A stretch of 63,618 nt of DNA, counting the filler, from Licmophora abbreviata (lineage: Eukaryota): NCBI GenBank assembly GCA_900291995.1. It is 5 parts of 5 records of this genome, joined end to end, with 100 filler letters (N's around TTAATTAATTAA, not from the genome) between each part and the next. Parts side by side here need not be neighbours in the genome. Positions count along the whole stretch, not along the records: positions 1 to 22,578 come from OLMU01003137.1; 4 more parts are not named here. One strand, given 5' to 3'. Below the pieces are notes generated by a model. The model did no database searches. It was given only the letters and a program-made list of their open reading frames with translations, and was not told the DNA's origin. Below, one piece after another: positions 1-11,229 of the stretch (position 1 is its first letter; every line of letters begins with the position of its first letter). The position numbers were made by a program, and so were the translations under genes.

Positions 1-2
1 CG

Positions 3-155
3 AAGCGTGATCAAGCTCGGTATGATCGTATGCGGGATCGTATGGCAAGGGCACGAAGTCGTGGTGGTGTAGCGGATGCTTCGTCGGACAGCGCCGTTCC
101 GGACGAACCCACTTCTACGGCTGCTCCCGACGCTACAGCTGAAACGTCAACTTAA
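3..155 (+). CDS. 3' end of an upstream gene, truncated by the window edge; unknown product
   Basis: Open frame KRDQARYDRMRDRMARARSRGG...AETST ending in TAA at 153-155; convergent with the next gene. Confidence 0.5.
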   Translation, partial: KRDQARYDRMRDRMARARSRGGVADASSDSAVPDEPTSTAAPDATAETST

Positions 156-188
156 TTTTCAATGCAGAGCTTGCTAGTATATCGAGCG

Positions 189-1247
189 TTACAGTTTAGC
201 CAATTCTATCAGTCTCCGTATTTGATCATCTGTCAGTCGATGGGCACCACGCACAGGCGACACGACAACAGCCTCAAGCCAAGGCTGCTCTCGAGTAGAG
301 TCCATCATTCTCTTTTGGTCTCTTTTATTGTCGTTTGACTTGGACGATAAAAGGCTCTTAGCCATAAGCTGCATCGTTGGAAATAGCAAGTTGACCATAC
401 CCGCATCATCATCATTTCGAGACCCATACAAACTGTTGAGTTCCAATTCCAATGTTTTCCGCAACGCCCTTTGCTCCAGTGAGGACCCTCCCACCAATGT
501 CAGCGGTGGTGGCGATGAAACGGACTCAACATAAGAGTCAGAAGGTGCTGATACTTGCTGCACAGCCCCCGACGGATTCGTTTGGTAGGCGACGCAAGCT
601 CGCTGCCCTTCGTTGCTGGTTTGTTCCACCCCACACACCACTATCGTCGATCCATACGATCGCAAGCCTCCTCCAAAGGCATGCGACTGACAGGCATTGC
701 CAAGTATATTGGCGAGGGAGCGGGCAGACATGGTGTCGCCGGTTCGAAACGTGCTTCCGTACCATCGCTGCAATGTCTGCAGTTCGTCTTGGAGTTCTTG
801 AAGTAGTGCAACCGAGTCTGACAAGACCCCACACAGTGCCAACACAATCGGCGGGGACGATGCAGGTCCTTGTCGCGCGCCAGACTGATGTTCCTGATGA
901 GTGTGTGTCGGAAGAATTACCAGCCGATCTTGGCTTCGTTGGAACAACTTTTTCGTCATTACAATCATGCACTCCTCTTCGTCGCATTCATTGCTGCTCC
1001 TATTCTTGGTCGGAGCGCGTACCACTAGAATGACATTACTGTGTTGACTGCTCAAGCTTGCATATTCGACCTGGAGAAGTCGACCATCCGGAGTAAACTG
1101 GGGTGTCGTCATATCGTAGTGGTACGCATTGTAGTTCTGAAATGGTGAGGAGGAGGACGAGACTGCTGTCAATCGAAGTAATACAAAACTGAGAATCGAG
1201 ATCACAACCGTTCTCCTTAGGGAACCGTTTGTTGGATAAGATCGCAT
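189..1247 (-). CDS. Divergent 20S proteasome alpha-subunit-like protein with N-terminal signal peptide
   Basis: Alpha-subunit signature YDMTTPQFTPDGRLLQVEYA; later GLRSYGSTIVVCG and YQTNPSG; hydrophobic VVISILSFVLLRLTAVSS after the Met at 1247 (ORF extends to 1367). Confidence 0.8.
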   Translation of the reverse strand: MRSYPTNGSLRRTVVISILSFVLLRLTAVSSSSSPFQNYNAYHYDMTTPQFTPDGRLLQVEYASLSSQHSNVILVVRAPTKNRSSNECDEEECMIVMTKKLFQRSQDRLVILPTHTHQEHQSGARQGPASSPPIVLALCGVLSDSVALLQELQDELQTLQRWYGSTFRTGDTMSARSLANILGNACQSHAFGGGLRSYGSTIVVCGVEQTSNEGQRACVAYQTNPSGAVQQVSAPSDSYVESVSSPPPLTLVGGSSLEQRALRKTLELELNSLYGSRNDDDAGMVNLLFPTMQLMAKSLLSSKSNDNKRDQKRMMDSTREQPWLEAVVVSPVRGAHRLTDDQIRRLIELAKL

Positions 1248-1604
1248 AGTAGACAAGCAAGAGGCGATGGCGCGGGCATCACACAGTGAACATGATCGTC
1301 GCCGTCGTGCGGCCATGCTACTGTCATGTTGTGGCGGTGAGTTTTGAGGTTTCGAGTTTTCATTCAACGACGCGAAATCTTTTGAATTTTTGCCTGCATC
1401 ATAGCTCGCGTTTCAGGAACATCTTCGAGAACTCGGAAAGATGTGATGGCTCTTTCATCGCGAGACGAGATGAACAGCGATGGCCCCACAATCATTTCGA
1501 GCAACCGCAACGACTGGATCCTATAGAGTAGATGCACTGGAGTCGCCATCCAACGACTGTCCGAAATTTTCAAGCGAACAAGGATTTCTGCTTGCTGATC
1601 CACC

Positions 1605-2640
1605 ATGGCAGAAGATGGAACAGTTGCCGTGGACGATTTTGAGTCTCATCCGAACGCACCATCAGCTTCTTCCCCGCCACCAGCGGTTTCATTCTTGACT
1701 TCGCTTGTGGCGGGTGGTCTCGCTGGCACAACTGTAGATGTGGCTCTTTTTCCGATTGATACAGTCAAAACGAGGCTTCAATCGCCCCATGGATTCATGA
1801 AAGCTGGAGGCTTTCGAGGCATTTACAATGGACTCGGAGCAGCGGCGGCGGGGAGTGCACCCGGAGCGGCACTCTTCTTTGGAACCTATGAAGTGAGTCA
1901 TCTAGATGCGGACAGGGATACAAAGAGCTCTGAACTGGCAAGCTAGGAATGGAGCTCACTCCGTGTCTTCTCATGCGCTCCTGGTGTATTCTTTCTTCTG
2001 TCTTTAGTCTTTGAAACCAGTCATTTTGTCCTATCAGCGAGATTGCGGCTGGGAACAGCACGATGCCATTTCACACATGTTGGCTGCAAGTGTGGGGGAA
2101 GCTGCTGCCTGTTTGGTACGCGTCCCTACCGAGGTAATTAAAGCCAAAATGCAGACGCAAGCGTCTGCTACATTGTTACAAACTACAAAGCTGGTCTGGA
2201 ACGAGACACACGGTAGCATCCTATCGACGGTCTTTGGAGGGCTCTATCGTGGCTACGGCATGACCTTGATGCGAGAAATTCCTTTTGCAATGATTCAGTT
2301 TCCCATGTATGAGCGAAGTAAGGTATGGTGGGGCCAGTATCAGCAATCACCGGCATCTCCTGTACAAGCGGCGCTCTGTGGGAGTGTTTCGGGCGGCATT
2401 GCCGCGGCGGTCACGACGCCTCTGGATGTTATCAAGACTAGGTTAATGTTGGGGGTGGATAAGGTGGGTGTGCCATATAACAGTGCCATGGACGTGTTCC
2501 GAAGGGCAGTGGCGGAAGAAGGGTCGTCCGTGTTGCTGAGTGGACTGCAACCGCGCGTGATGTGGATATCGATTGGCGGGTTTGTCTTTTTTGGAGCTTA
2601 CGAAACTTACAGAAGTATGCTTACACCTGTACTAGGATAG
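1605..2640 (+). CDS. SLC25A26: Mitochondrial S-adenosylmethionine carrier (SLC25 family), 2 exons
   Basis: Three carrier signatures ([33 protein letters not shown]); REIPF and [10 protein letters not shown] motifs of PET8/SAMC; intron 1893-2007 (GTGAGT..TTTAG). Confidence 0.9.
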
Positions 2641-2777
2641 AGAACGACACATTCCTCCTAGAATAGAATGGTATCTTCTGGGATCTTACACAAGGACAGG
2701 CTAGTACGACGTGTCCCTCCAACAGTCAAATTCTCTCATCTTACCGCACTCGCACCGACACGCGCCAACACTCTCGC

Positions 2778-3599
2778 CTACCTCCGCTTGGGCGGTCCAC
2801 CACGCGTCAAGGATGCTTGCTTTCCCGTCACTCCACTCTTGGTCGTTCCGCTCGTCCCTCCCGTCTTCTTGGGCGCCTTGCTCTTCCCCGGCCGGGGCAG
2901 CTTGGTTCCCAGCTTGCGTTCCAACTTGCTAATAATCTGCGGATTCGGCACAGCCTTTCCACTTTCGTATTCGGCAATTACTTGGGGTTTTTCGTTGACT
3001 GCCGTCGCCAAGTCCTTTTGCGTCAATTTCTTGGCAGTCCGGGCTTGCATGATTGCTTTCGAGAGGCTCCTGTCGACCTTGGCAATCTTTCCAGCCTCCT
3101 CGGCATCTTCCAGCTTGCGAGTACTCATGATGGTAGTGGAATGAGCGGAAGCGTTTCCTCCAGCGCCGTATCTGCAAAGAAGAAAGGGACAATGATGAGA
3201 ACCATAGGCAGGAAGAAACACGTGATGATGCTAATAGTCATCCACTATGTGTTCGAGGGATGAGGTGCAGACGACCTAAACAGGTTATGTGTCTCTTCGG
3301 TCGCCGCTGTGAACGCGTCGGCTGCGGTCGTTTCGATGTTGATGATAGCACGACTGCGTCGATGGCAGCTTCCTACAGACCCTCAAGTTACGTGTGATTA
3401 CACTCCACCAAGTCGACACATATTTTGACTTTTCCCTTAGACAGACGTACCTCTTTTCAGTGTTGATCGCTCCAGAAGCCTTGGCAGCTGTGATTTCGCG
3501 CGCTGTTTTCGGGACCGCGCTCTTGCGACCTCCGACGGTCGATCGACCAACATTGACCGAATCCCAGTCTTGTCCAGTGGGTTGGGGTACGTTTGGCAT
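2778..3599 (-). CDS. MBF1: Multiprotein bridging factor 1 (HTH coactivator), 2 exons
   Basis: GQDWDSVNV N-terminus; IMQARTAKKLTQKDLATAVNEKPQVIAEYESGKAVPNPQIISKLERKLG; intron 3172-3450. Confidence 0.93.
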
Positions 3600-4152
3600 G
3601 ATGGTGAAGTAAGAAAGGAGAGAAAAGTCGCTGTGTACTTGAAAAGTGAGAGACTGACGCAGCAGACAAGAGTCTTGAGCAGTTGGCGTTTTGGTTTTGA
3701 GTGCCGGAATCGAAAGAAATCCGTACATGTACTCGTCGTAGTCTGCCCGTTGTCCGCCAATCGTGACTGAAGACAGTCGGATGAGTCGAGTCGAGTCGGA
3801 CTAGATCATTGATCCACATTCAGCCATTAGTATGAGTATTTTGATTTTTCTACTTAGCGAAACTCCGACCACAACGGCTAGCTCCAGTCGTATGTATTGC
3901 GCTAGACGCGAGCATGAAAATCACACACACGGGCGCGATTGCGCGGAGAGCAAAAAGCGGGACACACGTTGTCCACGACTTTGTTCGGGCACACACAGAG
4001 AGAGGTGCCGCCAGTCCAAAGAGGTCACATTCAGTACAGCAGTGAACGAAACGACAGCGATTGACAGGAACTGCCGGAAGAGACGAAGCTGGTGACTTGT
4101 TTTGATAGAGAGTACAAGGAGAGCTACTATACTTAGACGCTAGAGCCACACC

Positions 4153-6341
4153 ATGGACACTCCCGATAGAGGACGAAAACAGAGTCAGAGACAAGCAAGA
4201 AGACACAGATATGGAGGAAGAATACCACGATCAATACGAATACTGTTGGCGATATGCAGTTTTGTCGGACTGGTTCTGAAGAGTGCTTATGCCGAAGATT
4301 TGCCGCCAGGTAGGTACTCTGGACGCTCCCTTTGGCACGACCGACGACCGAGTGACTATGAACAAACCTCTCACATGCATGCTCTTCCCCTTCTTACAAA
4401 GTAGTAGGTAGGCCAACAATACCTCCTGCCTCGCCTCCTTCGCCGGAACCGACATTGAATCCGACTCGTCCTCCCGTAGATCCGCCCACGCCGAATCCTA
4501 CGGCGGCACCCACTCCAAGTCCGACAGTACCCCCAACACAGGAACCGACGCCAGAGCCCACACCAGAGCCCACACTACAACCTTCACCGGAGCCCACGCC
4601 AGTGCCGACTCTTGCACCAACACCAGAGCCCACACCTGTGCCGACTCTCGCACCGACGCTTGCACCGACGCCAGAGCCAACGGTACAGGCTACGCCGTTC
4701 CCGACAGACAGGCCTACCTTCGCCCCGACACCATTTCCGACCCTGTCCCTACCAGCTTCCCAACACCTGCTCCCACGACCGTGGCACCGACTCCTGCACC
4801 AAGTCCGGGCCCTACAGGTTTTCCCACACCGATACCGACGGTAGGTCCGAGTAGCATGCCTACGCCCGGTCCTTCTCCACTACCGTCGGCAGCTCCAACT
4901 ACCCCCGCTCCAACGACGTCACCGAGCTCCTCTCCCACGTGGCCTGGAACGCAGCCTCCTTCACGCTCCCCTGCCCCAACCATTTTTCCATCCATGAATC
5001 CTACCGCACTTCCGTCCGCATCCCCGACTGACTTGCCTACTATGCTACCATCGGTTGCACCGACGCTTATGCCGTCTGCCATGCCATCGGAGTCACCGAC
5101 GCTCTCGTTGCAGAGCAACATTCTGGAGGTTGTCATGTTTCTTCAATTTACTTCAGTACTGCGGGGCAGTGCGATTATCGCCTGGGAAGCCATCACGGCG
5201 AATCACATTCGTCTGGAGCTCTTGTCGGACGATGATGGCGATGACGATGTGGATTTGATTGATCTCACTGTTGGCACCAATATTCTCGGTCAAACTCCCG
5301 TGGAGCAACCGGCAATCAGGCGAGGCCTACGATTGCTACAAGATGGGATGACTCTGCGGATTACATTTGATACTGCCATGTCGTTCCGATCTGATTCAGA
5401 AGATATCGATGTTTCTTCGTTGATCGGCAGTGCATTCAGTACCGAAGAAGATCGCGTGACGTACATTAGTCGACTGCAACGATCCTGGAGAGCCAGCTTT
5501 TTCGGAAATTTCCCAAGTTCAAGTGGAAATCAATGGGATTCCTCAAGTAGAAGGTCCGCCGACTGAAGAGGAGGGAGGAATCAATATTGCACTTGTTGCC
5601 GGGGCAGCGGGAGGTGGAGCGTTGTTGGTTGCGGCTATTGCAGGCTTTTTCATTTATCAACGACGAGGGAATGGCAAGGCTGGCTCCGCCTTTATGGCCC
5701 CCACCACCGGCATGTCAAGCAATGTTGTGACGAACGAGATTGTAGTGGAACAGCAGGATGACGTGAGTACGCTGGGAGATCCAATGTATGCACCGGGAGG
5801 GATGCTGATTCCTGGCTTGGAAAAAGACGAGACTGTCACGGGCGAGAGTCTCGTATCAGGCGATTACGACTATGCAAGAACGTATGGAGCAAATGGCGCT
5901 GGCGCTATGGCCCCTTCTTCCACGGATGGGAGCAAAAAACGTCGAGGTAGTACAGCGGGAAGTCAGTCTGAGCTGGAAGGATCGCAGGACACGTCAAAGT
6001 TCGGAATCGGTCAAGACTCCCTGTTTTCGGATGACTCCTCCTTTGAAGAACAGTTTATGGACGCAGAGGATCAGTTTGAAGTCATTGCACCGGCTGGTAA
6101 GCTTGGAATGGTAATCGATACTCCAAGTGGAGGCGTCCCCGTCGTCCATGCAATAAAGGATACAAGTATATTGGCAGATCAGGTACGAGTCGGCGATCGA
6201 CTGATATCGGTAGACGATGAAGACACAACATGCATGACAGCCATGCAAGTATCCAAATTGATTAGCATTAAGGCGGGCAAGCCGTCACGAGTCCTTGTCT
6301 TTGCCAGAACTCGCGCACGTGCAACATCCAGAGATGCATAG
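4153..6341 (+). CDS. Type I membrane protein: Pro/Thr mucin-like stalk, SEA-like domain, TM helix, C-terminal PDZ; two apparent frameshifts
   Basis: Signal-like [18 protein letters not shown]; intron about 4310-4410; PT repeats; [42 protein letters not shown]...[11 protein letters not shown]; frame changes near 4741 and 5484. Confidence 0.75.
4413..5100 (+). repeat. Coding Pro/Thr/Ser-rich tandem repeats ([11 protein letters not shown], PSxxPT)
   Basis: Repeated CCAGAGCCCACA and CCGAC units in the translated stalk. Confidence 0.85.
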
Positions 6342-6383
6342 TCGAGTCGAAAGAGGTAGCAAAAAGTACGGTAATCTTGTAAG

Positions 6384-9318
6384 CTACGACTTATCCTGAT
6401 GCGGCGAAGTGCTAGAATCGACGGGCCGTGGCGTCGAAGTTCGTGCATTTCGACTCCATTGATGTGGGAGTTGTAAGCTTTTGTTTGTGTCTGATGGAAG
6501 TGCTTGCAAAATTTCCGGGTGAAAATCGCGAAGCGTTTGGATCACACGCTCATCCACCTGCCCTAGTTTGCAACATCGTTCGAACGCCAAGCCTGCAAGT
6601 CGCGTTCTCTCCGTGGATTCTGCAAGCTGGCGTGCATACACTAACAGTAGCGTAGAGAAGAAAGCTGGGCTTGTGTTGATGTGCATAGTCTGCATCTTTT
6701 CCACTGCTTCGAGAGCAACGGAGAGGGCCCTTTGTCGATGTTGTTCGTTTCCCTTGGTATATGCGCAGGCATTCAGGAGCGCTGTAAAGGTGACAACATT
6801 TGGCTGTACGTCCGAATCCCCTTTGCTGCTAGCACGAAGCATGTCCTTCAAGAGTTCCCATGCGTGTTCCGCCTTGTCGCGTGCATGGCTTCGAGCGATG
6901 ATATGCATGACCGACGTGTACGTCACTGTGTCAGGTTTTGCCTTCTCATCACCTTCTGCATAACGCTCGTTCATCGTTTGCAGAATCTTCAGCGCCTTTT
7001 CGGCTGCTTTTGGCCTCTGGCTTCGCCAGTGGCAATTGATGGCTTGCGTGAATACTTCCTTACTGGGACGAACAGCTGCGTGTCCCGCAGACGCCTGCCG
7101 ATCCATAGACGCGATGATTTCGTCTGCACGAGCCCCCGCGTCGATCCGACCGCTGCGAGCCCACGCACCTAGCAATGCCGAATAGGCAAACTGGGTAGGA
7201 CGTTGGGCCTCCTCCTTACTTGTCTCATAGGCCGTTTGGAGCCGTTGAAAAACTGAAAGAGCTCGTTCGAACGAGTCTTTTTCGCCACTCTTTGCCCAAG
7301 CGCTTATCACCGACGCGTAACACCGCTCGTTCGGACTCATTTCTGGGTCAAGTAGAGCCTCTTTTTCCAAGTCAGCCAGCACTTGCTCAGCTTTTTCCGC
7401 CGCCCGACGAGTCCTTGGTTTAGATAGAGCAAATAGCAACGACGAATATGATAGCATGTCTGGTTTGAAAGCTTTGTCCTGGCGTGAGCGCCACAGCATT
7501 CTTTTCAGTACAAATTCTGTTTTCAGTGGCGCCTTTTGATGACTGCTACGGCCCCAGGCTGTAATCACTGCAGTGTAGTCGATTGGCGACGGTTTCCACT
7601 CTTCCTTCCCAGTAGATTTGTATGTTTCTTCTATCTTTTCCAGCAATTCAGTGGCCTTCCATGGTGCGGAGGGATGTGTACTGCGCGATAGTGCCAGGAT
7701 TACGAGGCTGAAATGGAGTGCACTGCGTTCCACGTTATTCGTATACATCTCTTTCAAAAGGACCTCTGCTTCCCGAGCAACGGCGTCCAGCCGATTGTGG
7801 GACTTGGAAAGTACTCGAAGAACTGTGGCATATGTGTACGCGTCCGGCTTGGCCGACGACTGCTTCATGCGCTCCCACCAGCTCATGATACGACGGTCTG
7901 GCATGACATCAAATACATGGTTCCAGATATGCGTTGTGATCGTAGGCGCCCCTACCGACAACTGCAATGGCGTTTGAGCTAAAAGCTCCAAAATGTGTTC
8001 AAACATCGATTCAACTCTGTTGCGGCGGCGCTCTACCGTCCACGCCCACAGGACGCGTTCGTACATTCTCAAGGGGATCCCGGTCGCACCCGCATCGAGG
8101 TGGCGCCGTTCCATGCGCCCGAGTAGATCCTCACAGCGTTCGGCAGGAGTGATACCGTCGGAGGATGCGGACAAGGTATATACTTTGATCCAACCGTCAA
8201 TGGCCAATTGATAGTGCTGCACAGTCGGCAAAGAAGGCATGTGTTCCGTGCACTTTTCGAGCTGAGAGACAAGAGCTTCCACTCGCTGCGCGGCCTCTAC
8301 GGCACGAAGTGCTTCATTGGTAAACAGCAGTCGGCGCATGGCAGCTTCGTAGGCGCGTGTCAACAACACATCGATTGCCTCGTCATACTCCGAAATCGAA
8401 TACTCCATTACAAGCTCCCGTGGATCCTTCTGAAACAACGAAAAGGACTTATCGGGCGACAAGATCTTTTGGAGATGCTGGAAACTCTCTTCCGTTACCA
8501 CCAAACAGTGCGCCTTGAGCAAAAAGTACAAATCCTCTGGCTGAGGAGCATCCAGCATTTGATAGGTTGGAATGACATTGTCCAAAAGCATGGACGTGAG
8601 TTGCTGCTGCGTCGTGTTCTTGCTCCGACTTAAGACTTCCATGACGAGCGCGTACGTCTTGACTTGAATGCCCATGTTCATTGGAGCGATCGATTTGGTG
8701 TGTTCGATATGGCTCAAAACTTCCGTAGACAGCTCGATTGCTTCTTGGACGTCAGAATGCCTTCGAAAGGCATCAAAGACCAAGTGGAAGGCGTCCAACG
8801 TAGGACGGTACTCAATGGTATTTCCCAACAAATGTCCCCAGTGATCGAGTACTGTGGCAGCGAGAAGGCCATCTCCATTCTGACGACACGCCTCTAGACA
8901 GATTTCGAATGGAGTCGTCGTGGTCGGTGTCTGGGGCGCTTTCAGTTTGAAACCAGTGCTTCAACAAGTTCACCATGAGTCTGTACGGAGGTGGTGTCGG
9001 AGAAGTTTGAAGGAGCTGTTCGAGGAGGGAGATGACTTCGCTGTCATCGACGGACGAAGCTTTCAGGAGCGTATCAGCTTGATATTGCAAAGTCTCATTA
9101 TTGGGAGAATCATGCACTGTACTCTGAAAGCGGTGCTGATGCAGTACTTGTGGGCGATGGATGAGACAGGCAAAGTCCATCCTCGCCATCACCGACGAGG
9201 CGGGACGGTGATGTACATCAGATTCCAGTAGTAGCTCCAGACCCGACCTAACTTCGAGTTTCGAGCGTCCTAAACGCCATCGGGATCTTCCAAGTGAAGC
9301 ATATGTTACTCGCTTCAT
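6384..9318 (-). CDS. Pentatricopeptide-repeat (PPR) protein, probably mitochondrial; one apparent frameshift; start uncertain
   Basis: Multiple 35-aa repeats (PDAYTYATVL, PSPIDYTAVITAW, PDMLSYSSLL, PNERCYASVISAW, PDTVTYTSVM, PNVVTFTALLNAC); Arg-rich N-terminus; ORFs 8812-9735 and 6384-8831 join by a 1-nt shift. Confidence 0.85.
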
Positions 9319-10200
9319 GGTTTTACCGGCTAGCGATACAGCTGATGAGCGGCGCAGTAGTGCATCTTCATTGCAATGTAGCATCAGGACCCACGCACCG
9401 CCCGCCGTCTTCGTCTCACGGTCCATTTTGGTAAAAGGGTATGTCCGCCGTACGTACTGTATACCTTCCACTCGTGACTGACTGGAGCGTGACTGACGCA
9501 CGAGGATCGATGCGGAGAGAGAGCTGGATGCGTTTTGTTCGTGCCGTTTCAAGGCTCTGATGGCATTGGCCGGGACTGGCCTGATGTCGGTGTGTCCATC
9601 CAAGATTTCAAACGGGACTGTGTCCTCTGCACCCGTCTCTTTATCTTCTTCCAGGACATCCCAAGACATCGTGCTTTGACGGCAGTCAGGAGGTTGCGGT
9701 TGAAGTGCGCCAGAGCGAGGCTGCGCTGCCTGCAATTGTATATTCCGGATGCATCATGGCGCACACCGACGTTCTGTTTGACTCGTCTTCATTGTCTCCG
9801 TATGCAGTTATGCTGGGTACTAGAACAAGTGAGGTGAGGGTACAGAGGGCGCAAGGACGGAACAGGGGGCAATGATGAAAAATGGACGCTCGCTCTCTCC
9901 TCTGGACAGGACACGCTATGGCTTGGAGCCACTATCGTACGCAGCTCACTTTCTTGCCTATCAACCCATCGGTCTTTCATACTGCAGAAACCGAGGAAGT
10001 TGATTACGAACTCGCTCATTCAAGCAGCTACTTCCGCACTATGACTAGTCAGGCTCGTCTGGAAGACCGTCACCCAGTCGATCGTATTCTTCCCATACTG
10101 GCATTATCCATGGAAGGGCGGACGGTGGCTTACGATGGCGACCTGAGATTCGACGATCACGACAGTGCAGATTCTGAATTCTTTCCAACCGAGCGTCGTC

Positions 10201-11124
10201 ATGATTCATCCTAGGCAGAACGCTTACTTTATGAATGACAGGCAGGCGTCAGTGTTCTCTACTTTCGAGACCGCGAGACACTCTCTAGCCGAAGTTCCCA
10301 ACAAGCCTTGTACTCGCGATCTCTCCTCGGAGTTCCATGCTGCCAAAACGACGACCATTCAAGCTACGACTAGACAGGAAGCAAGGGACAAGACGGAGTA
10401 CATGTTGGCCTATTATGCGTTCTTGGCTGCTAGACGCAGGGAGGGCGTCGTGTATCGTGCACTCGAGCGCGACGAGCATTTCTACGTTCAGCCTGACTTG
10501 GCAGAGTACAAGTGTAGCAATCGCCCCCTTTGCCCTCTAAATACTATCGAGGAGGAACCAACCGTGCAGAAGAAGAAAACGAAGAAGCGGAAGAAAGGAC
10601 CTCGCCAGAGGTCAAAGAGATCCATTGCTTCTCGTCATGTTGCAGGATCACCGTACCAAGAGTATGCGACGCCATCGCCGGTCTCCAGCGTGGTCACCAA
10701 GGTTGTCGACAATCGCAGCGCGTCTGTCAAGTTGGAAACGTCGCCGTCCATTGAGTTTCCAACTGACATGGATGATGCGTCCCTGTCCGACGTGTCCTGT
10801 GTCAGTCGACACTACTTGATGGAGCCCATCAAGGAGGAAGGCGACACTGCCAGCACGCTGCTCTCCTGTGACGACGCGACCATTACCACGAGAGACGACG
10901 TGGACATTCTCTTCGGAGTGTCCTTTGTTGAAAATGATCCGAGTTTCAGTGACAGTTTGGGGTTCTCGTCGTACTCTCGCGACGTCTGCCTACTCCGCGA
11001 ACCTGTACAAGACTTGTCACTCCCCGCCACGGCAGAACGAGACGATGACGACGACCCCTGCTTTCACATAACGAGGCTTCGGCGTACAGAGGAGATTGAG
11101 TGTAACGCCTGTATCATCCTGTAG
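10201..11124 (+). CDS. Hypothetical protein with basic NLS-like tract and C-terminal CaaX (CIIL); start uncertain
   Basis: About 300-aa ORF; KKKTKKRKK; ends ECNACIIL-stop. Confidence 0.55.
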   Translation: MIHPRQNAYFMNDRQASVFSTFETARHSLAEVPNKPCTRDLSSEFHAAKTTTIQATTRQEARDKTEYMLAYYAFLAARRREGVVYRALERDEHFYVQPDLAEYKCSNRPLCPLNTIEEEPTVQKKKTKKRKKGPRQRSKRSIASRHVAGSPYQEYATPSPVSSVVTKVVDNRSASVKLETSPSIEFPTDMDDASLSDVSCVSRHYLMEPIKEEGDTASTLLSCDDATITTRDDVDILFGVSFVENDPSFSDSLGFSSYSRDVCLLREPVQDLSLPATAERDDDDDPCFHITRLRRTEEIECNACIIL

Positions 11125-11229
11125 TTGTCGCTAGCTACTGCACCGCTCACGCTACTCTGTACTATTTAAAAGATTGTAAGTCTTTTGTCACTGGAACTCT
11201 CCAACAATCACGATAGCACTATCCATAGG

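Noticed and set aside
3172..3450. Unusually long MBF1 intron as a possible snoRNA host
   Set aside because: No paired C/D boxes or convincing H/ACA structure seen
3783..3797. (GAGTC)3 upstream of MBF1, same unit as the 62383 microsatellite
   Set aside because: Short simple repeat in different contexts; no evidence of function
4520..4680. Regularly spaced direct repeats, considered as a CRISPR-like array
   Set aside because: In-frame coding repeats of a Pro/Thr stalk in a eukaryotic gene; no unique spacers or cas genes
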